From assembly GCF_000150275.1 (NCBI RefSeq), contig NW_002060943.1, forward strand, positions 9,580,209-9,644,208: a stretch of DNA of 64,000 nt, given 5' to 3'. A model generated the notes under the pieces. That model searched no databases. It was not told the DNA's origin and was given only the letters and a program-made list of their open reading frames with translations. Positions 18,701-31,600 of this stretch are shown one piece after another; within the stretch, counting starts at the first letter, position 1; each line of letters opens with the position of its first letter. A program made the translations under genes and the position numbers. Source of the DNA: Trichoplax adhaerens. Lineage: Eukaryota > Animalia > Placozoa.

Positions 18701-18906
18701 GTAATGTGAACGTCTATTTACGAAGTAGAACTGTTGATTATAATGTGAACACAGCCTGACATTTTAATTAATACCGATATACCTTAAAAAAAACACGTTT
18801 ATTAAAATATTTACGCATGATGAAATTTTTTTCTTAGGCTATTGTTAAACATGGAGATGCACTATTGAATAGGATGCAGAAACTAAGTCGTATTATAAAC
18901 GTTTAA
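15791..18906 (+). CDS. PSMD6: 26S proteasome lid subunit Rpn7 (PCI domain), multi-exon
   Basis: [20 protein letters not shown]...; [10 protein letters not shown]; [30 protein letters not shown]; [21 protein letters not shown]; [17 protein letters not shown]; [26 protein letters not shown]; [10 protein letters not shown]|[22 protein letters not shown]. Confidence 0.98.
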
Positions 18907-19174
18907 TTTTGGGTATACCGTAGTTTAGCAACTAAAGTGGGTTCCGTATTGATCCTATCAACACACCTGCAATTCATATATAAGTTAATGCAGGATTAGA
19001 TTTTAAATCCAGCTGGTAAATCATTCAAAGGCACATAAAACAGCATATTCTAATTTGATTGTATTTATGTGCCAAGTAGGATTCCATCTGTAGATAATCA
19101 CATAATCTAATGTTAACCTTTGATTTTGTTCGTTGGCTGTTAAGTACGGCAAGATATGCTGGATTTATATTTAT

Positions 19175-22100
19175 CTACAGCTTGGGTGCACTACGATCAT
19201 TAGTATTTGTTGGATTCAATATGGATTTTTTAAACGAAGTAATTGAGCTAAGTAATCCAGCGTTTGATTGTATGGCGCTTTGTGCAGGAACTACATTTGC
19301 TGATGGAGACGATATCTGTTCTGAGTCTTGACTTTCAGATGTAGCTACAGAACAAAGATCAAATAGTTTCTTATTAACAACTTTCCAAGCTTTTTGTATT
19401 ATGTGTTTTAATAAAATTTTAGTTGTTAACCTCAATGATCATAAAATAGCCCTAAATGAATTTTTGGATTTGAAAGTTCACATATAGTAATTTCGAACGT
19501 ATTGCGGTGCATAGTGACAAGTAACACACCTGATATATGCTATGTGACACTATAGTATAGTACGCGAGTCTGAATTGATAATGCAGAAGATCCTTATTGC
19601 AAGTATGTGCATTGTGCATGGCGCATGATCCTGATATGAATGTAAGGATCACGAAAAAGTTAGTAAAGTAGGACTTACGGATCAAATTTGCGTCGTCAAT
19701 CGCTTCAGATGGCTTTGCTTTGACTTCTAATTTAAGATATAAAAGGTTTTTCGATCAGTTTTTGTAATATGACATTGTTATATTATTACCGTAGCAAGGC
19801 ATAAGATTAGAGCATTTAATAAAGTTCATTGCACCTTCTACGTATGAAGTATTCGGTTGATCGCGCTGATTGTCGCTTGCATCAGACTGCGGTTTCTTTA
19901 TGATAAAATAAAGTATATCGTATGTGATTAACAATAGAGAAAGATCTTAATACACAGTTTAAATCTTTTAACCTTCGCTTTCCCATTCTTACGCTTTTTC
20001 TTTCGTTCTTCTATTGACGGCTGTTGAGCTTGTACCTTCGAAAATCGCTTAAATTGGCTCAACTATTAAAATGAAAGTTTCATGGCAGAGTATAATATTA
20101 ATAGCATTATTCATTGCATAGCCAAATTTGTACAGTATTCCAATAAAGATTTAGCACATAAGATCAGCTTATGTACTGATATAGCGTAACTAACTATTTT
20201 CTGCTCTTCTCGTAGTTTAAGTTCGCTGTGCTCATGGATGGTTCGTAAAACTTCTTTTAATTTGCTAGGTATCTATTCGTAAGATTAGAATTTTTCATAA
20301 AGTTCATTATATTGAAAATTGGTTACCTTCAGCGTTGGTTTTTCGATTCCGGCGGTTAAAATAACGTCACAGAATAGCCTATGTAATATCAAAATTTTAA
20401 AATTATAAACTATTAATCCAGACTTTTAATTTTTAACCAATTTAATTAGTTTTTACTAAGTAACATTACGTCATCTTAAGGATATCATTAATAGACGGCA
20501 AAGCAGATTTGAGTGCGTTTGTAGAAATAAGAGACTCTAGAATAGGAGCTGTACACAAGGAAAATTTTAAAATTAAAGCTAAAAATCTGTAAATCTTAAC
20601 TTAATTATGGAATCGATTTACCTACTGCCGGGATGCACCTAGCTGGAACTGCTTCTAGAGCTGCTGTCGTTAACTGCTCTCCGAACGCCATTTCATATAG
20701 AACGCGTCCGAAACAGTATGAGTCTTCGTTTTCCTTAGTCTAAAAATTTACCATATGATAAAATAATCACATATCCTAAGTTGCAAAATCTGATGAAACC
20801 TTGCCTGTATTTTCTTTATCATAACGATATAATTTCGATAGTACGATGGCAATCCTAGGGGTGTATTTTCCATATCTGATAATCTGATAAAATAACAACC
20901 AGATTTACAACAAGTACATGTACTTAAGGTATCATCTATATAACCAAAATTTAAATTACAAACTTGCAAACATTTCCTTCAAGAAGTACATTTCCGGTAT
21001 GTAGATGGCCTAAGGGACATGTCAAAATGAAAGACATTACCGTCATAAATAAGCCTCTAAATTCTCATACAACATTTGACGTCTTGATACCGTAAGGCCA
21101 TCCTCGGCTCTGAAGAAATTTTAAAGCCTATTCATGTAAAAGTACATAAATTTTGAGAATTGTTGTGTCCGTTTTAATGAAGTAATGGTATTTAGTTGTA
21201 GAAGATGTCGCATTGAAAATATTAACCTCTAATATCTGACGACCAAACGTTTTAATTTCAGGAAGAGGTAATGCGTGATATAATTTTGGATTCGCATATT
21301 TCTTTATGTAGTGTTGCTTTATCTTAGTCTTTTAAAATTTGAGGCAGATACAGATTTTATTTAATTGGTATAGATTACATACATTACATGTACAAATACA
21401 AAATAACTCTGAAATATGTTGTATACCTTACAAATATAATCACGAAGAGATCCTTGCATGCTGAAGTTTCTGATAATAACACCTCCTAAGTCGTTACTGT
21501 CAGCTAGCAGTACGGACTGAATGTATGGATGCTAAATTGAGGTAAATGACGAACATTAGTTTGTTTAAGGGAGATGCTGTACTACGTTACCATGATAGAA
21601 TTTACCTGCATAGTTGGTAGTAGTTTTAGGACAGATTGGCGATCTTTATTAGATATCTTTGATAAGTGGCCAATATCTGCCTAAGAATAGGAGCGTTACT
21701 TATTAATAATTGCATACTAGCAATAGCGCGAAAAATCTAACCCATGATCTTACCCAAGATAACATTTTCGATGCTTTAATATCCTGTTTTGACTTTACTA
21801 AGAAATAATTCTTACGCAGTCTCCAGCCTAACATTAAATGCAGTGTATTAAGCTGCTGTATTTCATGATTTAAATTACAAGAGCGGAAAACATACCAATG
21901 CTCCTCAGCGATTCAACAATGTCCCAAGTTTGATCCGATCGGAAGAACATAGAAACGTTCCGTAACGCAATGTCTGTAAGATCAAAGATACTTAGTACTA
22001 CTGGGATCAATATAAATTAAATGTCATTCATCGGCATAACATTTGATTACGATTACTGTAGTTACCATAAACTCAAGAGTTAAGCATCTAATCATACTGT

Positions 22101-25100
22101 TTATTAGTGTCGACTTGCCTATAATTTAATATGCTGTAGGCCTGTAGCTACTGCCTCAACTTGTTTAGCTTCATATAATTATAGGATTATACAGTATGTG
22201 GCAAACTACCATAAGCTACTATGTTATTGCATCACAATCACACATTTTAGTCTATACAATTATTCGCAATTAGTGAGTTTTTAAATGCACAAACATTATT
22301 GCAAACCTTAGATGGCTTATTAATATTGCAAATAATTTATCAGGAAACGTTGTCAATAATGAATTTCAGGAGCTCTTAGTTATTGCGATTTTATATTAAT
22401 GTAAGATTTAAAGTACGAGATAGGTATGATATCAAAAGACTAAGGTATTTATGGGGTTACTTGTAGAAATTATGTAGAATTACCAAGAATAAGAGAAAAA
22501 CCTATGAATATTAGCAGATATAAATTTGTAACTATGAATAATAAGAGAAGCGTTTCAGTTACGTAATCAGCTCACTGTCGCTTCCGTAACCTCATACTAA
22601 CCGGATTAGTCTAAATCTATATCTATAGCGAAAATCCATCTTCCTTTGATAAAATGATTTTAAGTAATGGTAAAAAGATACCAAAATCAATTGTTATAAT
22701 ACTGCACGGTATATTCGAGGCTGCACAGATGGGTCAGAGTAATGTAACGCCAGCAATATACTGTATATCATATTATGTCAAATATTCTACAGGTAAACTT
22801 GAAATATATTTGTATGGCAGTCTCAAAATATTGATTTTGTAAAAGGATACGAAGTCGTATATGATATAATTACGGATAATGCATTAAATGTTTCTTTGAA
22901 GCATTATTACCGTAGAAGTCTATAGTATAGCGAGTAGGGTCGAAGAATTTCTTGACCGTAAGACAATGTGATAGGAAAGGGTCTTCCAGGATTACATTGA
23001 CGTATACCTAATGTAATAAATAAGTAACATTAATATTAATTACAAGTTTAATTAATAAGGGAGATCGTACACACGACAATGATATATAATTCTGAGGCTG
23101 TTTGAGATAAAAAATTAAAAGAAAACTCTAATTATACCGATCATATGTAGCGTTCTAAATATACCATGTAGCGATGTATTCTACTGTAAGAGTAATATAG
23201 TAAAAGGCGGCTGAAATGATACATTATGCCTTACTTTGCCTAGTAATTTTTAAATTGCAGTAATGTTGAGATGCATGATTGCAGCTAACAATGTTCACAA
23301 ATTTGTTAGCTTCAAGAATCGTGCTGACCTCATAATATATTTATAGCCATTCTACAAGTTAGTCATGAATTACAACTTTAAAGTGATTATGCCGATGTAC
23401 CTGCAACTGTTGCTTTCTCTTTGCTACAAAGTCTTTGTCTAGATTTCCAAAAAGCTTTTTAGGAGGTAAAGGTAAATCCCTGCCAGAGATCTGGTATGAA
23501 ATCATATATCCATTGGAGTTAGGTATAATTTACGTAGAGAAATAATTGTAGAACATAAATCTATAAGAATATCTCATTGGCAATAGGATACAGAAATACT
23601 CATATATCTCAAAACGATATCAAATATAGTATGTTAAATTATATCATACTTCAAATTGCTCTAATTAGGTCATTTGATACGGTAAAGTTCATTTATATTC
23701 AAAAAATGTAGATTTTCATGCTATGCAACAAAATGATGAACGCAAGGTAATACAGGCAGATAAAACGTGGTCATTAGGTTGAATGTAAAGCTTGTATTAG
23801 GGTTAAGTTAGGGTTACAATAGGACCCGGGTATGGAATAAGCTAATTATTTGCTATACTGGAAGCTTTCTATCTATCTCATTTAAATCTAGTCTATTAGA
23901 AGTCATATTACTAATAGGCCACATTAGATTTAACCATGAATTTTTTGTTTGAGATTCCAGTAGTATGGAATTCTTTCGTGTTCTGCCATAGATAAATTGT
24001 ACCTTTTATGGAATTTACAACCATTGTTATTTCTAAAGTTAGTATTAATTCTTTGATCAAGTGGCTTTAATAAATATACCGTAAGCGAAATACATTAAGC
24101 AGCTTCCGTAAGTTATTGAAAGTAGAAACTGGTAAGACAAGTAGTGATCACTAGAGTTCCTACATATTAATCCATTTAGGGACTGGTGAGTATACGAAAT
24201 GCAGAATTGCTATTGTTAAGGGATACGGTTCAATTATGGCTTTTAATCTAAAACGTAGCAAGGTTACTTGTTCAATTACTTGAGAATATATTTGCAAAGA
24301 TAGCCATTATATGGCTAATTATTTTCAGCTACTGTTGTGATAGAGTTTTTCATATAGAATAGGTATTTCACTTTTACATTGTTTTCGTTCTTTGAATGTG
24401 CATTGGTGGTTGAACATGTGCGAGATATTGTCCTAGTACTCTACTTATCAGTTCCATAATTTAGCAAATGAACAATCTTTTCAAGGCTATTTCGATTCTT
24501 ATTTAATAAGTAAGTAACATGGTACGGTGCTTTATCTAATCAAATACTTCATAAAATATAATCGTATGCTACCAATATCCAGTGTAATCGACTGATCGCG
24601 TAAAATATTCTCCGATTAAATTTTCTCAAATGATACATTACTAGTATATGCATGATTACACATTAACAATTTGCAAAGGAATGTTATATAGAAATCATTT
24701 CTTTAAGAATAACTAACTACTTAAAATCAGTCACTACATTACGGGATTGAAATAGTACTGTAAATTCAAAGCTATTGATTACTATGGATATTGGTAGGTA
24801 TGTTAATAAACAATGATACTGCATGCAATTAATGAGGGTTTACTTAGTATTACCTATCGTGAGATTTAGCAGTTACGAAGATTGCAGAGTAGATATTACG
24901 GGTTGATGTATTTACTGTACTGTATCACAAGTTTTCAATGAGTAATTTAATTAGCTGCAAGGTGTACAGACACAAAATTAGATTTTAGTGAGCAGATATA
25001 GGCTTATTGATCTGAGGATATGGGACGATATAATTTCAGTAATATTTATCGTTACCGTATTTGATTTTATTTCATTTATCTATTTTCTTAATAAAAAGAT

Positions 25101-26566
25101 TGCTACATTATAAACTAGTAAACTAAGGTTATACGTCGTTTGTAAGCGATTTAGCTTATAGAACGTATTTACCTCGAATGTTATGAACATTAAGTATTGA
25201 ACTTACTTGTAATGCTGCATGAAGTGTTACGAAGTCATTATAGCGACGCTGAACCTGAAATATGGATTTTTATGCAAATTATAATTAGTAAATCAATATC
25301 ATAATAATTTTTGGTACCACAGAGGTGAAACTGTAAAGAATTTTTGAAGTTACAGTATAAGGTAGCGTATACTTTAAAAATAAAACTACAGTAATTTCAT
25401 AGCAAGTTTAGTACGCATGATCTAGACAAGCAATTTGTATGTTATCAGTAACAGCAATGTCATTTTTTAAAATTACTATTTATACGAGGTACAGTAGATA
25501 CAGTAGAGTAAGAATGATCTTATACTAATTAGTTTCTAGACGGTTGGCGAGGTGTGAGGAACATTAGCTGCTGCACCATGATGATCGCTTCAGCTTGGAA
25601 TCGATTTTGCCGCTGAAAGGTCCTTGACTCTACGTAAATTCAGTATTGATTACTGTACTGCCAGCAACGCGAAGTCAATGTTTCCAGGTCTTTTCAATTT
25701 GCAGTAGAGTGCTGGACTCGGCGGATTGCATAATGAACGATTCTCATGTTTCATAGTAGCAACAGTTTATTTGAGGCGCCATACTGTAAGTATACGAGTA
25801 TATTCTAGCTTCTGGATATTAAATGAATGGATGTAGATAACTTGATCGGGGAAATACGCACTGAATAGTTTTGCTATTTTACATACTGTATATTGTTAAT
25901 TGAAGTCAGGAAGTGTAATTGAAATCGATGCACGCATACTGTATTTTTCCATAAACAGTAAATTGTAACCAGTCCGAGATGATAGGCATTTATTAACTTG
26001 AGGATCATGGGCTATCACACACATACAGTATACATTCTTGATGTTTAATGGCGATAACATTTTTACTAAGTGTAAATAATAATAATAATACTGGGGTGTA
26101 CAGTACCTTCCAGAAATTTTCCGGATTAGATCCACGTTGCACTATTAACACATATTCCTATGAAGTATTCATAACAAAATATTTCTTTGGTTATCGATTT
26201 AAACAGGTACTAGACGAGTATTAATGATAATAATAATTATAATAATCGAGGGTATCATAAACTACAGTACGTAGATTACGTGTCTATCTCATTTATTCCT
26301 AATTAACATTTCAGATTGAACATACAACATCGGCTTTAACAGGTACTAGACGAGTATTCATGATAAATAATAATTATAATAATCGAGGGTATCATAAACT
26401 ACAGTACGTAGATTAAGTGTACAGTATATCTCATTTTCGAGAGATATTCCTAATTAACATTTCAGATTGAACATACAACGTGAGAGTCGATAATATTAGC
26501 CTTCTCTATCGAGCAAGTTAAAGGGATTGTGTCGTCACACTCTATCCTCGCGGAGTTTGCAGCCAT
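19175..26566 (-). CDS. PXK: PX domain-containing kinase-like protein (PX + pseudokinase + C-terminal WH2)
   Basis: MAANSARIECDDTIPLTCSIEKANIIDSHV|EYVLIVQRGSNPENFWK|VQRRYNDFVTLHAALQ|ISGRDLPLPPKKLFGNLDKDFVAKRKQQLQ; DIALRNVSMFFRSDQTWDIVESLRSIG|WRLRKNYF; GHLHTGNVLL; ENTPLGLPSYYR; YCFGRVLYEM. WH2-like end LLSSITSFKKSILNPTNTNDRSAPKL*. Confidence 0.93.
26202..26479. repeat. Tandem duplication (~130-140 bp x2) in PXK intron 1, including the 5' splice site
   Basis: aacaggtactagacgagtatt...cagattgaacatacaac at 26202-26328 and 26338-26479, near-identical with small indels. Confidence 0.92.
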
Positions 26567-26869
26567 TTTTAAACTAAAGGTCAATAATTAATTAATAGAG
26601 GTACCAGGGAGGCAGGGACTTCTACGAGAATACAGTACTGTATGTACATTGTACAGTATGTGTTCTTTCGAAAGTCACTAATGAAATCAATCAAGACCAT
26701 AGTGTTCGACACAGGCTGGTAAAAGGTTGACGTCATGTATTGCATAGCTCTGCTTTACACTGTGCACTATTGCACTGTACAGTACAACAGTACTGTAGTT
26801 AGTGGATGTTCACGGTTGGACAGTACTGTACTGTACAGTACTCTCAGGGACTACAGTACACTCAGTACA

Positions 26870-27610
26870 GTACTTCTTTTTTCAAGTACTGTACACTGTA
26901 CAGTACTGTACTGTACTGTGCAATTGTGCATCTTTCAGAGTTGAGTATGAACTCTATCTGTCTGTCGTGTCAGACAACTGCGCCTGCCCAGTGCCCACTC
27001 GTGCCCAGCATACGACCACAACTACAGTAGTGTACTGTACAGTGTACAGTCTGTACTTCTTTTTTCAAGTTGTTTACTGTGCATCTTTCAGAGTTGAGTA
27101 TGAACTCGATCTATCTGTCGCGTCAGGCAACTGCGCCTGCCCAGCAGACGACCACAACTGCAGTAGTGTACTGTACAGTACTGCACTTCTTTTTTCAAGT
27201 ACTGTACTGTACTGTGCATCTTTCAGAGTTGAGTATGAACTCGATCTGTCTGTCGCGTCAGACAACTGCGCCTGCCCAGCAGACGACCACAACTGCATTA
27301 GTGTACAGTACTGCACTTCTTTTTTAAGTACTGTACTGTACAGTACTGTGCATCTTTCAGAGTTGAGTATGAACTCGATCTGTCTATCGCGTCAGACAAC
27401 TGCGCCTGCCCAGCAGACGACCACAACTGCAGTAGTGTACTGCACTTCTTTTTTAAGTACTGTACTGTACTGTGCATCTTTCAGAGTTGAGTATGAACTC
27501 GATCTGTCTGTCGCGTCAGATAACTGCGCATGCCCAGCTGGCGACCACAGCAACGGCATGGTAACAGTCAGTCCAGTACAGTACAGTACTGTAGTGTACT
27601 ACTGTACTGT
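26870..27610. repeat. Composite tandem repeat: 5 copies of an ~80-bp GC-richer core separated by TACAG/poly-T linkers
   Basis: Core gtgcatctttcagagttgagtatgaactcgatctgtctgtcgcgtcagacaactgcgcctgcccagcagacgaccacaactgc starts at ~26926, 27079, 27214, 27348 and 27472 (periods 153, 135, 134, 124). Confidence 0.95.
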
Positions 27611-27845
27611 GGTCCGTGGTCACATTGAGATCAAAAATTTTAACGTTCAACTGGACAATTTGTCAATATTTCCCGCGTCGGACATCATTGAGTGTAAGTG
27701 ATAAATGAAAGCTTATTATTAGTTAGAATTAGAATTCCTTTTCTTATGGATAAATTTTAGTTGTTTGGCATATTAAAATAGATAATTTATTTTGCTTAGA
27801 CTCAATCTAATTAAAATCGCATACAGCTAAACAAAATATCTTACT

Positions 27846-30035
27846 ATGAAAAGCGACTTGGCCAAAGATCCGAGTGTTTTAACGAAAGACCGCCTAAAGG
27901 CCTTGTTGAGTACCAACGGTGTCCCTTTACCTGAAGGTGATCAACGGAAAGATGTATACGTTAAATTATATATGCAGCACATTCAAAACAAGAACATTGA
28001 CACCCGTAATACAGAACCGAATGTAAGGTCGGAATTTTCATCAGATGATGACACACAGTCTGTGTCTAAGTCAGCAAAAAAGGTAAAACCACATGAATTT
28101 TGGCCAATATATTATATTATACTATATGTCAATGGATCGAGTAGTCATGACTAGACTCTACCGCTTTATTGCAAGTTTTTAGCTCGCTGCTGTTCTTCTG
28201 TTGTATAGTGAAAACCTATGTTTTAGCTCACCACTCACCACCTAGCTGAGTTTAGCCCAGATCTTGTGTATGACTGATTACTGTATCTCATTTCTAAATT
28301 TTAAATTCTATATCAGTATGCGTGCACGATACTAGTTACTTCTCTTGGTAGCCTCCACCGTTAGTTGTCCTGACGACTCTTTTGTCGTCTTTGTAACTTG
28401 TCGCGTTTTACTATATTGACTATTCAAACTCAAAATCCCTATTATCGAATCCCCTTTATTGTTTTTTTTGAATAAGGAAGAAGAGGCAATTTGAGAACAG
28501 CAAGCTAATATTTTGCTTGAACAAAAATTAAAAATTGTTGTTTTGTCTGTTTGTTCTTAATAATTTCTACTTCATTGCTGGATTAAGCAGCTCTTTGCCA
28601 TCATATTAGTAGACTACTACAGTAGACTGCAATCCTACCAATTTCTGTTGTAGCAGACAAACTACGCACTCGCACTCGCACTCGCACTCATGTAAATAAG
28701 TAAATTAATTAAATGGCTAGGATTATGAATGAAAGATTTAAATACTGTTAGAGAGTTACTGTAGTGTAATCATAATCATAATGGATGTCTTGTAGTAGGT
28801 CTGGATATTCTAATTTTTGTATGATTGTATTGAGTAATTACAATTTAAAATTTACTTATATTAATCAGCGAAAGCCAGCCAAGAAGAGAAAATCCACCGA
28901 TACAAATAATGTTTTTAATATAGATTCACTATCGGACGAAGAGCTGTTGGCAAATTTGAAGAAATACGATAGTGCAGCTGGACCAATTATCGACTCGACA
29001 CGTAACGTGTATAAGCGAAAATTGAAAGCTTTTATTCAACGCTCTGAGGCAACTGTAAAAGATGGAGAATTTTCCGATCCAGACGGTAAGATTTTTAAGA
29101 AGTTATACAGTACTTCCACTTTATAATAGCTTATGATTATATAGTTGCTTTCAGTGCAGTAGTTCTTACATCTTGGCTAGACAACAACTTTGATTTTTAC
29201 TAAGTTTACTTTGTGAATTAGTACAGTGTTATGCAGCATAGTAGTTGCAGTTAATGAATTTCATCTCCGGTATATTGTTTAATTAACGATTTGTTAATGG
29301 ATACTGGTAATAAATCATACCATATTCTTATCGTGATAATACCCTTATGGCCATTACAGTACCTCGAATAATGTGTACATTATGTTATTTTTCAACTAAC
29401 AGTTGGTACTAATGTATAAATGTGTTATTGCTAATCAACACTTCGTTATGATCGTTAAATGTGTGAAATGATGCATTACATTGCACTATCAATTAGTCCT
29501 ACTACAGATTACAGGATGTCCTTGCTATCACTTGCTGGGTTGCTATTGTACTGTATTTTTGACGACTTCGGAGTGTACAGCAATATGCCTATTATTTATA
29601 TATGTAGAAAATAGATACGTAGTGTAAAAGTATCAACATTACGCAATGAGCAGTATATTACGCCGTTAGGACCTCGTAATGATATTCACATTATACCGTA
29701 TCATATACTTAGGAGTAGCTGAAGATAGTACAAGTAAAAAAGTGGTGAAGGATACACCTACGCCTCGTCGAGGGCGCACCAAAAGTCGTAGATCAGTTTC
29801 AAGAAAAGAATTCGTAAAATCTGAGGTCAAAGATTCAACCGACTCAAGCGATCGAAAAGATGACATCGCCATATTAAACACCTCTCATTCTGTGAAACCA
29901 TCGCAATCGAACGTAGAATCTCCGCAAAGTCAGGATTTACAAGAAACAAATCTGTGGTATTTCATAATCATTTTAGTATTGGCCTTAGCGATATATACTG
30001 GTGTTCATATTCTGGAAATCGGTCGAAAGCATTAA
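27846..30035 (+). CDS. TMPO: Inner nuclear membrane LEM protein, LAP2/thymopoietin-like (LEM-like + LEM + C-terminal TM), 3 exons
   Basis: Exon 1 (27846-28082): DPSVLTKDRLKALLSTNGVPLPEGDQRKDVYVKLYMQHI...EFSSDDD, the LAP2 LEM-like domain. Exon 2 (28869-29085): IDSLSDEELLANLKKYDSAAGPIIDSTRNVYKRKL, a LEM domain. Exon 3 (29713-30035): TPRR-rich linker and TM helix LWYFIIILVLALAIYTGVHIL. Confidence 0.88.
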
Positions 30036-30395
30036 TTCATAAGCAACTATTTCAAAGAAACTTCGATGATACAAAATGAGCCTATAAACTGATTATCACT
30101 ACAGCACACTACTCTAGACTTTGGCTTAGAATTGGAGATGATCCTTCTGGTAGTTTTAGATTAGGCAGTATCGTAGTTCTATACCTAATTTATTATAACG
30201 CGTATTTTGAATATCCTAGATTATGAGTCTTTCAAGTTATAATTAGTAAACCTTCTAACGATTTGTGGAACTGTTGTCTAGGTCAAGGTCGATTATTTTT
30301 ATATTCGAACGTTTGTTAATTTATAACTATAAACGTACAGTTTTTTAATCCATGTAGGTATTCGAGTAAGTACTTTATAATGCGAATTTACGGCT

Positions 30396-31600
30396 TTAAT
30401 TTTTAAGTTCTAGTGTGGCATTTGAATTCGTTTGCCATAGATTTCTTACACGAGAATAGTTAATTTTTAAACACTGAAGCCTATTCTGTATGTTGTATGA
30501 CCGAGATCGTTTTATTGCGTTTATTTCACCTTGCTTTGTTAAGTACTTACGAATATTGAGACAACGGACCATTTTCATTCTTGTATATATGATTCATCGT
30601 TGGCATGAACATACCATAACCTTAGAAGTCCTTGTAGGTAATACGGTATTGATTGCTTTAACATCCAAGATTCTTTAGATATCAGCAGCGCTTATGTATC
30701 GTTAACGTATATCTTCAGAAGTGATATTGAACAAGGTTGCAATATTTGTAAGAAAGTGAACCGTAAATTTTATAAATCTTAGATTGATCTTAATAGTAAT
30801 TTGTTTTAATAGCTGTACACTGCATGACTGGATTATTATTTGCTAATCCTAAGTTAATTATTGGCAACCCTCATGTTGTTGGTTTGTATGTCGGGTTGGG
30901 CAATTTCAATGAAGCACGTGCTTTAATTAAACCATCACTTATACTGATTTTCTGCAAGTAGTAGACTTGACTCACGGTACTATAGGCACGCAATGTCCGT
31001 TTACTGTATAAAGTATGTTCCCTATTTTATCATTCAGCCGCTTTCTGCATAGTGCAGCTGGTACTATTATAGCTGTAAAAGCAATACCGATCCGGTAGCT
31101 TAACTGGGCTCTTGATGGAGATACTGAGTATAGCATGGTGTTTGGTAAAAGGACAATAATTGTAATTATATAAACACTATTCGAATGATTGGCAACTCAC
31201 TCAGACTCTGTTGATACGCAAAATTTACGTGTAACCTGTTATTTTAGAAATGAAGCATTGTTTATATGCAGTACATGTAGTATTGATCATAACTTGTACA
31301 GTTCAGATGGGAATTCAGCCTTTTTGATAACTTACCTTTCTATCACTAACAAGCTCTAGTTATGGTAATAGTTGAATAAGATCTATTATACTGCGTATTA
31401 TACTAGCCACAAACATTTAGTATCTATCTATTACTGAACACAAAAAATTTCTATATGCACAGCCCCCGTAGCTTGGCATTTTCGCTCAAACCTTGAAGTA
31501 CAGTACTGTAGTTGAAGTTTTACATTAGCTCCTCTAGACCTGAAAGCGAACTCTGTTTGCAGTTGATCGAGATAATTGAGATCGGGGTTGGGACGGCATA
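30396..31600 (-). other. Candidate unannotated small spliced gene (micro-exons)
   Basis: AG/GT-bounded blocks on minus: 31355-31336, 31235-31201, 31123-31088, 31003-30976, 30579-30551, plus a terminal exon from 30480. Donors GTAAGT, GTGAGT, GTATTG, GTGAGT, GTAAGT. No recognisable homology. Confidence 0.4.

Noticed and set aside
22841-22850. Perfect U12-type donor GTATCCTTTT on minus inside a PXK intron
   Set aside because: The normal GT donor at ~22910 already gives the expected protein frame, and I see no TCCTTAAC-type branch point near the acceptor.
23797-23816. Two TTAGGG telomere-like units in a PXK intron
   Set aside because: Too short and interrupted to be an interstitial telomere or a telomerase RNA template.
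26926-27560. CRISPR-like appearance (constant repeat plus variable spacers)
   Set aside because: The repeats are ~80 bp, the spacers are simple TACAG/poly-T variants rather than unique sequence, the genome is eukaryotic, and there are no cas genes.
26802-27701. 299-aa ORF and overlapping ORFs over the composite repeat
   Set aside because: The repeat is read in shifting frames (periods 134 and 124 are not multiples of 3), the composition is TVLYC/STVQY pentamer translation, and it lies in a divergent promoter.
28665-28690. (CGCACT)4 hexamer in LAP2-like intron 1
   Set aside because: Ordinary short microsatellite.
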